A program made the position numbers and the translations under genes. From assembly GCA_000004985.1 (NCBI GenBank), contig GG738876.1: a stretch of DNA of 64,000 nucleotides; one strand, 5' to 3'. The stretch is from Naegleria gruberi (taxonomy: Eukaryota). The notes beneath the pieces are model-generated. The model saw nothing but the letters and a program-made list of their open reading frames with translations. It had not been told where the DNA came from and did no database searches. Shown piece after piece: positions 1 to 10,597 of the stretch (position 1 is the stretch's first letter; each line of letters begins with the position of its first letter).

Positions 1-1287
1 GACACTGAAAGACATGAGTAAGAATGCAGCTGGGAAAACCAAGAAAGATCCAAGAATTATGAAACGAGTCCAGAATGCACTCCTCACTGATCTTCTTATA
101 CGATTTCCAAAAGTTAATTCGAATAACATTGGAGCTAAACCTGATCCAACGCCAAATAGACAGTAAGCAATGGTATTAGTGAGCTTGGCTCCTCCTTCAT
201 CATTAAATAATTGCATTGATGGTAATTCGGATAATTTAACATTGATAAATTCAATACTGGCCCAAACTGATGATCCCAATAATTTCATAACAACAAAACT
301 CAACAAGTAACCCTTTCCACTGAATAATAACTTGAAGCCAGCAATTAATTCCTTCACAGAATGTTTCATCATTGGTAATGGTTTAGTTGGGAAATCGGCT
401 GGTTTCGGTGGATTCAAATCAGGGAACCACAACAAGGCAATTGACAATGCCAACGCAATCAAGAACAAAACTCCATTCAATACATAACAAGTAATCAATC
501 CAAATGCAACTCTCACAGCTCCACCAATGGCACCACCTGTATACGAACAAAACAACCATGTCAAACTATCCAATGCATTACACGCGACCAAATCATTGTG
601 ATCGACACAGAGTGGCATCATGCATCCTCTCGAAGCATCATAAAATGCATTAAGGAAAAATATTAAGGCAAGGATGATGTAATAGAAGGAGAAGAGGACT
701 GCCTTATTTTCCATAAAGCAACCACCAATGAGGACGAAAGCTAGAATGGCTCTCAGGACATTGCAGACAATCAAGACCTTTCGTCTATCGAAAATATCAG
801 AAACTACACCTGCGAATGGAGTAGCAACACATGACGGTAAAAAGATACAGAGAAATACAGCACTTGTGGCAAATCCAACAGTTGTACGTTCTTCCACTTC
901 ATAAGCAATACCAATTTCTGAAAAGTAATTTCCCATTCCTGACAAGACACCTGCCATCCAAATAATTAAAAATCTCTTATTATGAAATAGAAGTGAAATA
1001 TAGGGATTTCTTGCAAGTTTCGGCTTTGAACTTTCCTGATCCAATTGTGCATAGTTTCCAATAGTATGTGGTGCTTCCAAACTTTCCATTGACGGTCTAG
1101 GTTCAGAGTTTAGTTCAATATCGTCCAATGATTTTCTAGATAAATCCTGATCATGACTTGTCGCTTCATCATGATCTTCAATGGAAATCCTCTCTCCACC
1201 TGCAACCACTCCTCCATCCTCTTGATTCCAATCTTCATCTCCTCTTGCATGTCTTTGTTTGTCCATCACTTTCAATTCTTCTTCCAT
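1..1287 (-). CDS. Major facilitator superfamily (MFS) transporter, 3'-partial (runs off window start); ATG at 1285-1287
   Basis: Reverse-strand frame is open from the ATG at 1287 to position 1 (429 codons, spot-checked, no stops). It was not in the ORF track because there is no in-window stop. Translation has multiple hydrophobic TM segments and MFS-like motifs (e.g. ...GVVSDIFDRRKVLIV..., ...FGVGSGLAPMLFE...). Confidence 0.55.
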   Translation of the reverse strand, partial: MEEELKVMDKQRHARGDEDWNQEDGGVVAGGERISIEDHDEATSHDQDLSRKSLDDIELNSEPRPSMESLEAPHTIGNYAQLDQESSKPKLARNPYISLLFHNKRFLIIWMAGVLSGMGNYFSEIGIAYEVEERTTVGFATSAVFLCIFLPSCVATPFAGVVSDIFDRRKVLIVCNVLRAILAFVLIGGCFMENKAVLFSFYYIILALIFFLNAFYDASRGCMMPLCVDHNDLVACNALDSLTWLFCSYTGGAIGGAVRVAFGLITCYVLNGVLFLIALALSIALLWFPDLNPPKPADFPTKPLPMMKHSVKELIAGFKLLFSGKGYLLSFVVMKLLGSSVWASIEFINVKLSELPSMQLFNDEGGAKLTNTIAYCLFGVGSGLAPMLFELTFGNRIRRSVRSAFWTRFIILGSFLVFPAAFLLMSFSV

Positions 1288-1668
1288 TTTTGTTGTGGTC
1301 ACAAAATTGTAAATATTAATTAAAAAAGATGTGTTTGGTTATGTGGTGATAATTAAACAAGTGTTGGTTGTTGTGTTGTTTTTTTTGTTTTTTGAATTGG
1401 CGTAATTTTAGAATCCTTAAATAAATTCAATAAGTCCTAAGGACCGCGGCTTTGCTAAACGTTGCTCGTCCTGCATTGTTGGACTTTACAATGGAAATAT
1501 AATTGGAAAAGGCGACAATTCAGGTAACAACAAATATATTATTAAATTTTCGATGCTGATTTATCAAATCTATTTGCATTCTAATTAAGATAATGGAATG
1601 TGTGGTTTCATTGGAAGTGTTGGCAAATGAAATAATAAGAATTTTGAATTGTAATTTCACACACAAAT

Positions 1669-4005
1669 TTATTTTCTTTCATATCTTCTAAAACGAAGGG
1701 CAAGATAAATGGCAATTCTCAAAATTAGTAACATTCCCAATAGAATGAGAACGTTACCCCAAATTGGAATATGATTACTTCCTTCAAAGAAATAATTAAG
1801 AGCTGACTCTCCAGATTTGTAACATGCTTCAGATGCAATGGCAGATACAGTTTGATTCCAATTGAGTTCGGAACACAACTTTTCAGTGTATGGTTCAAGT
1901 GAAACAAGTTGATTTCCAATCGTGATGGCGCTTCCATTATTGAATGAGCAAATTTCAGTCATGTTAAAACTTGAGAGTGTTTTGGAAGAAGTAGAGCATT
2001 CAAAGGCCATTCTACTCAACTCAACCTGTGCCAATGCATGCACAGAATATCTGAATAAACTAGTGTATGCAAATGGATAGAACCATCCTCCGATTTGTGT
2101 ATTTCTTATAAGGAAACCACTGAAACACCTGTCATAAACGTTAAAATTAGAAATGGTCAGTCCAATACGTATTTAAAATGTCCAAACTTACATCCAAACA
2201 GTCATTACAACAGATATTACTAAATTTCCAACATCTACTGATTCAAAGAGGGCTCCAACAAATAATCCAATAGATTCACTCAACCATTGAACAATAATCA
2301 TAATACCAGCAAAAATGAAAAAGTTTCCAGGATTATTTTGAAATCCAATCAGCCAATAGGCACAAATTAAATTCACCACTGGAAAAATAGCTTCCACTGG
2401 TATGTGAACAATAGAATAGGAAGCATAATAGGTGAATGTTCCATAGAGATTTGATTCTCGTTCTCTAGTGAAAAGTAATCTCTGTTGAGGGAATGTAGCC
2501 ACAACTGATGCTGCAGGAACAAATGAAATGGCAGCCACAATAAAGAAAATAGCACTAATTCTATCAGTGATACCTTGTTGATCTGTAGCTAGTTTGAAAT
2601 ACAAGAGTCCACAAAATATTCCAAGAAATACAGATTGAAACAGTTCAGAAAGTAGAATCATTGGATCTCTGAATGTTGTCCTCAAATTTCTATAAATTAA
2701 AACCAAAAGTTTAAGAATATTCTCCACCAAGTAGGCATTGAGTGAGAATTTGTCATCATCCTGCGAGTCTGCTTTGCTCAATATGGTATTGGATGGAGAT
2801 TGATACAGATTACTATAAAACTTTGCAAGCCAATCAATTCTATTCTTAATCACATCCAATTCGTTTGATAATTGTTCCTTTGCTGACTTTCCTTCATTAT
2901 CAATCAAAATTTCTATGGCTGATTCAGATTTTTCTACAGCATGCAAATTGATAGCAGAGGCAGACATTAATTTTTCTTGCTTCAAGAATGGATTAGAAAC
3001 AATGGAAATGAGAAAATCTGCAGGATTGGTGTCCTCTGGCATTGGATATCCAACCATTTTCAAATAGTTTTTAACTTGAGCAACTGGTCCTGAATAAACA
3101 AGTTTGCCATGTGCCAAGAGGATTACATTGTCGAATAAGCTAAACAATGCTGAAGAAGGTTGATGTACAGTGGCAACAATGGTCTTGCCTTGATCGTGAG
3201 CCAAGGTCTGGAGCTTTTTTCCAATTTCAAGTGCTGTATATGAATCCAATCCAGAGCTATATTCATCCAACAATAACAAATCTGGATTATTAATTAATTG
3301 AATAGAGAGTGAAGTTCTCTTTTTCTGACCACCTGAGGCTCCCTTCTTTTGTTCAGTTCCAATCTTAACCTTCCTATGTGAATAAAGTCCAATATCATTC
3401 TCTACTTTGAAAGTTCTCTCACTACATGATTTCCAAATCTCAGTCAACTTGTTTCCCTTTTTGTGTTTGTACTTGAGCAGAGAAGATTCCATCAAAATTT
3501 CATGAATCGAATCTGTTGCCCTTTTTGAAAATTAAGTTATTATTCTTCTCAATACTTACAGCAAAATATCATCCTGAAAGACATAGCCACCTTGCTTTTG
3601 AAATAATTTCTTTGTCAATGGTTGACCTTTAAATGTAACAGTGCCTGTACATTCCTTAGGATTCGAAACTCTTCTAGAAATTATATCTAAAAGTGAACTT
3701 TTACCACCTCCAGAGCCACCAATTATCATTGTGAGTTGACCAGATGGTATTGTACATGAAATCTCACTCAAAATTTGTTTCTTCTTCTTTTTAAATCCTA
3801 AACCATCTAAAACCAAAGCATGTGTTGAATTGTAATTTGGTAACTGAAAATCAAAGCCTTGTTGTTGTTGATTTTTAATAACAACCACTTCATCTAATAA
3901 ACTACCCGATGATGAGGATGAAGTTGTTGTTGTGGTTGTGTTTGTTTGTTGTTCTATAAGAGCCGATGATGAGGCTTGTTGCAATTCAATTTCTCTAGTC
4001 ATCAT
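1669..4005 (-). CDS. ABC transporter G-family (White/ABCG) half-transporter; 3 exons: 3560..4005, 2192..3520, 1669..2128 (~744 aa)
   Basis: Exon 1 carries the Walker A (GGSGGGKSSLL). Exon 2 carries the ABC signature SGGQKKR, the Walker B LLLLDE, the H-loop ATVHQPS and TM helices. Exon 3 carries the last TM segments. Introns are 39 nt (gtaagt...aaaaag) and 63 nt (gtaagt...tgacag), with consistent phases (2 and 2). The three ORF-track ORFs (3556..4005, 2188..3495, 1669..2043) are joined by these introns. Confidence 0.8.
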
Positions 4006-4302
4006 TGATCGGAAGAGTATATATTCTTTTTTATGATTTAATTTTAATACTAAATGGCCGCTTCTTAAAGGAATGTGGTTGATGAGATGATCCGTTCAAT
4101 GTTTATGTTGGATTCATGGTATTAATACTAGAAGCTTCCAGCAGCCAGGACATTCTCGAGATGCATGTGCTCGGAGTGGCGCCAATTTATTTCTAGTTTG
4201 CCGTTACGATATTTGAGTTTTTAATTAGATTTTTAAAATATTTATTTTAAAAAGAAAAAAATGGGTGACTGCTTGCAGCATTATGTTTGGCTAGATTTAT
4301 CA

Positions 4303-5715
4303 TCATTGTCGATAAATAAAACCTTCAATATCACACAATCGTGCGTAGTATCTTTTCATCAATGATGGTTCTCTTTCTTGCAACTTGTTCCATACTTCAT
4401 CACCACTATAATCGGAACACTCGAGGAGGTACTCCAAAAAGGTTAAATCCAAACCACCATCACGAGCATTGAACATGGAGTAATAGACACGTTCATCATC
4501 ATGAATACCAATTTCCTCTGCCTTAAATTTGGGAGGAAGACCTCTATAATTGCGAAATAGCTCGAGCATTGCCACTAATTTCTCATAAGCACCTTCTCTT
4601 ATCTTGGTGATGATTATTTGTCTGATGAGCTCGGTTTGATAGGTCTTGTATGGTTTGGATTGGAGGAAAATATTAAGATAGGGTTTCACCTTTTGGAATG
4701 ATTCATATTCTTGATATTGAGAAAATATATGTTCCAACTTGTAATATCTAACAATGTATGCTTCTAGTTGAGGATTTTCAATATCAAATATTCTTTCACA
4801 TTTTCCAAGTCTCTCACCTAAAAGTACATATACTCCTCTTGGTGATCTTTTTGAAACTTCCTCAATTGCAATTTGAAAGAAATCAAACCTTGCATTGAAT
4901 AATTCTGAGAGGTCGTGACGATATGGCATACGTAATGAGATACGTTTCATCATTTCACGAAACAAGCAACAACTACAATCTTCAAGATTTGGTATCTGGG
5001 TAATGGGAATCTTTTCAAAGAGTTCGAGTGTTGGATTTTTTAGTATGGAAATTTCAATGCACTCTAGGTCATAATTGACAGTTTTCAAAAGAGCATTATG
5101 AAAACTTGATCCATAATTGAAATTCTCACTTTGCAGTACCCTCTCCACTCCTTTCGAATAAATATGAGACAATTTCGCAAAGTTTACCAAAAAGTCCCTT
5201 GTACAAACTTCCATATCACTTCGAGGAATGTAATTCAAATTCCTACAAAACAAAATTTCCTTAACATCTTGACTATTCAAGCACCACTTAATTTCTTGAA
5301 AACTAATTCTAAAGTGGTGAAACAAATAATACCACTCATGTGCCATTATTCTCATCAGAACAACCTGACAAGAGGCAACATTTTCCAAAAATTCATCATC
5401 CTCCAATTTCCTTCTCAATTGTTTTGCTCTCTTCTTATAGATTCCTCTCATTCCCTTCGGACTCTGCTGATAATTGTGAAAATCATCATTCGGAAGAATT
5501 AATTCAGACTCGTGTTGAAGAGAGGAGGCTACTAAATCTTCATATCTACTAGCTGTCTGTTCTAGAAAGCATCTAATATGTCGTAGCCAATTTATTTGTT
5601 GTGTCTCAATGATGGAGAACCAATTCTTGTTAACCAACGCTGCTCGGAGAAGTAAATCACCAAGTGGAAGGAAGGAAAGAATTTCACTGATGCAATCATC
5701 ACCTGGTTCAATCAT
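4303..5715 (-). CDS. F-box-like domain protein (470 aa), otherwise unknown
   Basis: Uninterrupted 470-codon ORF with ATG at 5713-5715. The N-terminus (CISEILSFLPLGDLLLRAALVNKNWFSII) fits the F-box consensus (LP.E.L..IL..L....L.....VCK.W). No other recognisable domain. Confidence 0.5.
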   Translation of the reverse strand: MIEPGDDCISEILSFLPLGDLLLRAALVNKNWFSIIETQQINWLRHIRCFLEQTASRYEDLVASSLQHESELILPNDDFHNYQQSPKGMRGIYKKRAKQLRRKLEDDEFLENVASCQVVLMRIMAHEWYYLFHHFRISFQEIKWCLNSQDVKEILFCRNLNYIPRSDMEVCTRDFLVNFAKLSHIYSKGVERVLQSENFNYGSSFHNALLKTVNYDLECIEISILKNPTLELFEKIPITQIPNLEDCSCCLFREMMKRISLRMPYRHDLSELFNARFDFFQIAIEEVSKRSPRGVYVLLGERLGKCERIFDIENPQLEAYIVRYYKLEHIFSQYQEYESFQKVKPYLNIFLQSKPYKTYQTELIRQIIITKIREGAYEKLVAMLELFRNYRGLPPKFKAEEIGIHDDERVYYSMFNARDGGLDLTFLEYLLECSDYSGDEVWNKLQEREPSLMKRYYARLCDIEGFIYRQ

Positions 5716-6129
5716 TATTTTTTTTTGTAATGTTTTTTTGTTGATCTTTTCTTAATTGAATGTGAATTGAATAGTTTACAACAAGATCCAATCGTGTGGA
5801 ATGGTTTATTAAATAGATTTAAAGATAAAATGGATTGTTCTTAATGCTGTCTTTAGGATCATTTCTGGTCAAACTTTTTGCGTCATTTGACTTTTTGGCA
5901 TGTAATAAGCAAGTTGGCATTTTGACAGATCCATTCCAATTATAATACAAATGAGTTTGAAGGTTAGCTCAATAATAGTATCCAAATTAATTTTAAATTC
6001 TTTTTCTTCCTTCACAACCTGTATCTTCATATTTTGGTAAAAGTTACTTGACTTTTGTTTAATTTCATATCTGACAGGTTTGCTCTGTCCCATGTTACTT
6101 GAAATTCTACAAGAATTCAAATAAAATTC

Positions 6130-6594
6130 TCAACATCAACTGCCCCAAACTTTTGTCCCTCATCAAAATCGAATTATCAATACTCGGATGCTGTCAATTT
6201 GATTAATGTGTTGAATTCTAATCAAATCCATTCTTTGTCAGTGGTGAAAGCTATGGTATGTTTCAACAAAATATTTGTCGATCTAAATTGACTATTTTCA
6301 GGTGGTAATTATGTTCCATTGCTCGCCAGAGAAATTTTAAAGTACAATACTAACAGTCAAAAGAAGATTTCATTCAAAGGATTGAGTGTTGGTAATCCAA
6401 CAATGGATAATGATTTGGATGCTAATGCCTATCTCCCATTCATGTTCCATCATGCTTTGGTTGGAAGTGAAGAATTTGATCTCTATCAAAAACAATGTCC
6501 AAACTTTAATACGGCTTTGATTGGTTGTACAATTCATACATGGATTTATTTTTATTGGAAAGGTTACAATTCCAATAAAAATAAATCCTTTCAA
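6130..6594 (+). pseudogene. Serine carboxypeptidase (peptidase S10) gene fragment / pseudogene, truncated and frameshifted
   Basis: Region 6290-6594 encodes ...GESYG|G NYVPLLAREILKYN...ISFKGLSVGNPTMDNDLDANAYLPFMFHHALVGSEEF.... This holds the S10 catalytic-Ser motif GESYAG-like and the INLKG/IGNG region, and a small gtatgt...ttttcag intron splits GESYG/GNYVP. Upstream (6130-6270) S10-like sequence (DAVNLINVLNSNQ ~ DVYNFLELFFDQF) lies in a different frame, with an in-frame TAA before the active-site exon. The downstream half is missing: the convergent gene ending at 6607 abuts it. Confidence 0.45.
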
Positions 6595-6606
6595 ATAATA
6601 AATATT

Positions 6607-7897
6607 TCATTGAAAAATTATAATATCCGAAAGATTGCCATCAATTACTCTATTCTTAAGATTTTCTCCTTGTTCCTTCAGATTCTTTGATTCTGAATTT
6701 GTTTCCCAATAAGCAATTAAATTGTCTCTTGCTGAAGTTATTTGAAGATGTTGATTTGGTTTTGGATTGGTAACTTTGTGAATGAGTTTGAATTTTGATT
6801 GAGAATCTAAGGAGTAAATTTGTGAATTATTGATCACTAGGAAAAAGGTTTTGTTTGAGCTACACATTCTACAGGAAATAACAGGTTCACCACATATTTT
6901 AGCAAGGTTGCTATGAAACTTATCAACCAAATATAAATTGAATTTGTCTGGAAATGTTGAATAAATTAGTAGTATCTCAAATATACTTACTTGTGAGATA
7001 AATCCAACTGTAATAGGATGCACAAATGTCTATAAAGTATTCATCTTCTCCCATTAAACTTATTGGTGCCAATTGTTTCATCATTGGCAAATTATTACCA
7101 TTATTTCCCATAGAATATCCACAATAGAAAATATTGTGATCCCTTGTTAAGGCAATAATATTGTGATCTCCATTCACTGTCTTGGTAAAGAAAGGTTCTT
7201 TGCACTCATTGGAAGGGTCAAGACAACAACATTGGATAGCTGGAATATTATTATCACTAGATGGTTGAGCTATCTCAAAAAATTGATTACTTCCACATGC
7301 CAAAAGCCTTCCATGTGATGTCAGAAAACAACAAGTAAATGCAGCACATGAAGTCTTTGTAATAAATTCCCCATCTTGTAATTGAAAATCCTCCAAGCAA
7401 GTCCATTCAATTTCTGAATTCTCAATTCCACTCTGTGAAAAAGTCTCAACTCTTTCTGTAAATTTTGTTTTCCTCACTCCAAACTCATTCCTATTCGCTG
7501 AATAACAAACAAACACTCTCGTTCTAATTAAATTCATCCCACCAGTACTTCCAGCACCACCACCACTAACAGATTGAAGCACCAAAACACAAGCATGATA
7601 ACTGACACTAATATTCACAATTCTTTCATTTGGAAATTTAAAGCTAATTTTATAATATTTCCAATTCCTGTTTTTATCAAGAGAAAATACTTCATCATCT
7701 TCCGACACTACAAAACAAGTTAATTCTCTACAGGAAATAAATTTAATTCTCCCAAATCGTTGCAAGTAATTGTTCGGAATGTTTGATGTTGGTTGATTTT
7801 TAAATCGGCTACTAGTAACGGTGTTGGTAAAAAATTCGATGGAATCTTGATAATGATTGAAGAGAGAAAATGTTTCTGCTGTTAGATTTAGAGACAT
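6607..7897 (-). CDS. RCC1-like / beta-propeller repeat protein (2 exons: 6991..7897, 6607..6947; ~416 aa)
   Basis: ATG at 7895-7897 (MSLNLTAETF...). A 43-nt intron 6948..6990 (gtaagtatatttgag...catttccag) in phase 1 joins ORFs 6977..7939 and 6607..7023. Repeated blade-like segments: CCFLTSHGRLLACGSNQFFEI, HNIIALTRDHNIFYCGYSMGNNG, ICGEPVISC, IAYWETNS. Paralogous to the gene at 19532..21040 (shared C.FLTS.GR.L..GS motif). Confidence 0.5.
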
Positions 7898-7968
7898 TTT
7901 TTTGTGAACTTTTACAATTTTTATTCCATGTGTACACAACTATATATTGTATTGCTGTTTCTGATCTA

Positions 7969-8420
7969 GTTAGAAAGAAAAGGAAAGGTAAAGAATATAG
8001 AAAGATGAAGAAAAAAAAAGAATTACAGCAGTTCATCAATTGGCACACAGATTTTGTGCCAACACATTACCTAAAGCGTAACCCTTCAATCAAAGGTACA
8101 CGAGCTACACAATGACCGTCAGATTTTGCTTTTAGTCTGAGCATCTTTTTTATTAGAAACTAATGTAATTCCCAATTGAATTGTAATTGTTTTCAAGGTA
8201 ATAATCATGAACGCAATAAGAATGAATATCAAATTGTGGTTTTATTCTTTTTAAAATGTTGCACATTTTCAATCCCCAAACTGAAACTACAAATTTTGCA
8301 ATTTATTTTTGTAAGCAATTTCAAACAATCCATATTATTTGCGAACAACCTAATATTAGAATTGTTCTCAATTATCAATAGTCAGAATTGTAATAACTGA
8401 TATTTGGATCAAGAGTCAAT
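7969..8420. repeat. Left arm of a long inverted repeat (pairs with 10130..10597)
   Basis: The reverse complement of 10130-10597 aligns with 7969-8420. Checked segments are ~95-97% identical (e.g. attggcacacagattttgtgccaacacattacctaaagcgtaacccttcaatcaaaggtacacgagctac vs the same with 2 substitutions). Identity decays toward the inner ends (~8330-8420 / 10130-10250). Confidence 0.75.
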
Positions 8421-8600
8421 GATGACATTTGTTAAATTTTTTGTAAAGTTTCATGTTCCGATTTTCAAAACCTTCCAATCAAGCAAAAACGGAAGGTTTG
8501 GAAAATCGAATAAGTTGAAACGAAACAATTTTTTGTTTTCCAACACAAAAAAAAACTAAAATCTGATCACAACATAACAACAACAAGAAGCTTCTTTAAC

Positions 8601-9266
8601 ATGATGATGGACCCGGAAACAGCCAGGTTGAAGGCCTATTTTGATGATTATTACGATCAATTCATTGATGGCCACATGGATGAGAATTTTACTAATACCA
8701 ATATTGACCATTACATTTCAACTCTTTTCAGCCGAATGGAATCAGATAAACCACCACTACCACCTGCGACTGTTGCCACTGAATGTGTTATTAGTATTGC
8801 AAATGAGAAGGATGATAGTCATAATTGTAACAATAAGATCATCATTGAATTATTAAGCTCCTTCTACTTGCAAACTCGTCGTGATCAACAAGAGGTTGAA
8901 ATTTGTGTCTACTTTGAAAAAACAAATGCAGAGCAGTGGCAACGAGTGTTTACTGCCACTGCTACCCTTGAAAAGAAGGGTCGATATAATATGAAAGCTT
9001 TTAGCAGAAAAGAACTCAAGAAGAGGCTTAAAGATCAACCTGGGTATAAGGTAAATCAAAAAGACAAATTCTATTTAGTGATTGGTCAATTCAAATTCGT
9101 ACTGGTTTCGAAACAACGTGATAAGGTACCAAAATGGCACAATCTAATTGTTGTCAGTAATAGAGAAGTCGTTTCTTCCGAATACTCTTTCACTAATTTC
9201 ACTAATAAGGCCCTTATCCCAGAATTCAACTTTGCTAAAGTTAATGATCAGCTTAGCTTTCATTGA
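8601..9266 (+). CDS. Orphan hypothetical protein (221 aa) inside the inverted-repeat cassette
   Basis: Clean ORF beginning ATGATGATGGACCCG in an A-rich context and ending in TGA. No motif I recognise (MMMDPETARLKAYFDDYYDQFIDGHMDENF...KFYLVIGQFKFVLVSKQRDKVPKWHNLIVVSNREVV...). Not transposase-like (no DDE/RNase H-like or zinc-finger signature). Confidence 0.45.
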   Translation: MMMDPETARLKAYFDDYYDQFIDGHMDENFTNTNIDHYISTLFSRMESDKPPLPPATVATECVISIANEKDDSHNCNNKIIIELLSSFYLQTRRDQQEVEICVYFEKTNAEQWQRVFTATATLEKKGRYNMKAFSRKELKKRLKDQPGYKVNQKDKFYLVIGQFKFVLVSKQRDKVPKWHNLIVVSNREVVSSEYSFTNFTNKALIPEFNFAKVNDQLSFH

Positions 9267-9407
9267 TGAGTTCGATTGCCAATACTACTTATAATTAGTT
9301 TAGTTTGGTGATCACTACATACTTTATATATTCTATATGTATCCATTCCTCTATCTATCCATACTATATATATTACTATCTATCCATCCAAGAGTATTCG
9401 AAATTTC

Positions 9408-9474
9408 AATTAATGGTAGTGGTTGGTGTTATTTAGAACCCATTTGAATAACAAGCGAACCACTACCATTAATT
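9408..9474. repeat. Perfect 17-bp stem / 33-nt loop hairpin (aattaatggtagtggtt ... aaccactaccattaatt)
   Basis: Direct inspection: 9408-9424 is the exact reverse complement of 9458-9474. It sits ~140 bp downstream of the stop of ORF 8601..9266. Confidence 0.8.
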
Positions 9475-9559
9475 GGAATTTTGATTGCTGCAGATGTTCA
9501 TGCTAGTATCTATAATCCATCCTTATTCAAATCCAGTCTTATTGATTGGTAATTTTCAA

Positions 9560-10050
9560 TTTTATGCATTAAAACCTGTAGGGACATCATCAATCAAACA
9601 CCTTACAGAGTGAAAGATAACAAGGAACTGATCTGTGATTAGTTTCTTGTTGAGTGGACCAAAGAGTGAGGTTGTCCAAACAATAACATAAGGCAACTTC
9701 TCTCATCCACTCTATTCGAATTGCTGTTATGCCATTCGAATCACAGCTGTACTCATTAGGGAGCATTAGTCTATTTTCGATTAAGTAATTGAGTATTTGC
9801 AATCTGTTGCTTGTCGCTGTTGGTAAAGTTTCAGATAATATCATACTTATTACACCTTAGTGATAGATCCATGATTAGTTTTCAGTTTACTATTTAATTT
9901 GGGCAACTTACTTTCCTTAATGTTATTGTTTGGACAACCTCACTCTTTGGTCCACTCAACAAGAAACTAATCACAGATCAGTTCCTCGTTATCTTTCACT
10001 CTGTAAGGTGTTTGATTGATGATATCCCTACAGGTTAATGCATATAAAAC
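9560..10050. mobile_element. Nested MITE-like element: ~130-bp near-perfect terminal inverted repeats (9560-9689 / 9920-10050) flanking a 230-bp non-coding core
   Basis: The reverse complement of 9920-10050 matches 9560-9689 at ~97% (ttttatgcattaaaacctgtagggacatcatcaatcaaacaccttacagagtgaaagataacaaggaactgatctgtgattagtttcttgttgagtggaccaaagagtgaggttgtccaaacaataacat). No coding capacity. Confidence 0.55.
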
Positions 10051-10129
10051 TAATAAAAATTGATTCAAATCAATTTGAATTTATTTGTTTAATTATTTTT
10101 CCTTGAAAATCTTGGAAAATCTTCAAATT

Positions 10130-10597
10130 ATTCTGCCGAGATTTGCAGCGAATATTGACTCCTTGTTTGAATATCAACCATAAAGAACAATTAGAATTGT
10201 TTCATTCAATTTTTCAATATATAGGTGAAAGAAAAAACTGTAAATTTGAAATTGATTACAAAAATAAATTTCAAAATTTGTAGTTTCAGTTTGGGGATTG
10301 AAAATGAGCAACATTTTAAAAAGAATAAAACCACAATTTGATGTTCATTCTTATTGAGTTCATGACAATTACCTTGTAAATATCACTATTCAATTGGGAA
10401 TTACATTAGTTTCTAATAAAAAAGATGCTCAGACTAAAAGCAAAATCTGACGGTCATTGTGTAGCTCGTGTACCTTTGATAGAAGGGTTACGCTTTAGGT
10501 AATGTGTTGGCACCAAATCTGTGTGCCAATTGATGAACTGCTGTAATTCTTTTTTTTCTTCATCTTTCTATTCTTTACCTTTCTTTTACATTCTAAC
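10130..10597. repeat. Right arm of the long inverted repeat (pairs with 7969..8420)
   Basis: See left arm. Confidence 0.75.

Larger units (their letters stand above)
7969..10597. mobile_element. Candidate long-TIR / foldback-type DNA element (~2.6 kb): ~450-bp terminal inverted repeats enclosing an orphan ORF, a hairpin and a nested MITE-like element
   Basis: Inverted-repeat arms at 7969-8420 and 10130-10597. Internal content: ORF 8601..9266, low-complexity 'ctatccat' repeats at 9330-9400, a perfect hairpin at 9408-9474, and a nested element at 9560-10050 with ~130-bp TIRs. No recognisable transposase, so it would be non-autonomous if it is a TE at all. Confidence 0.4.
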
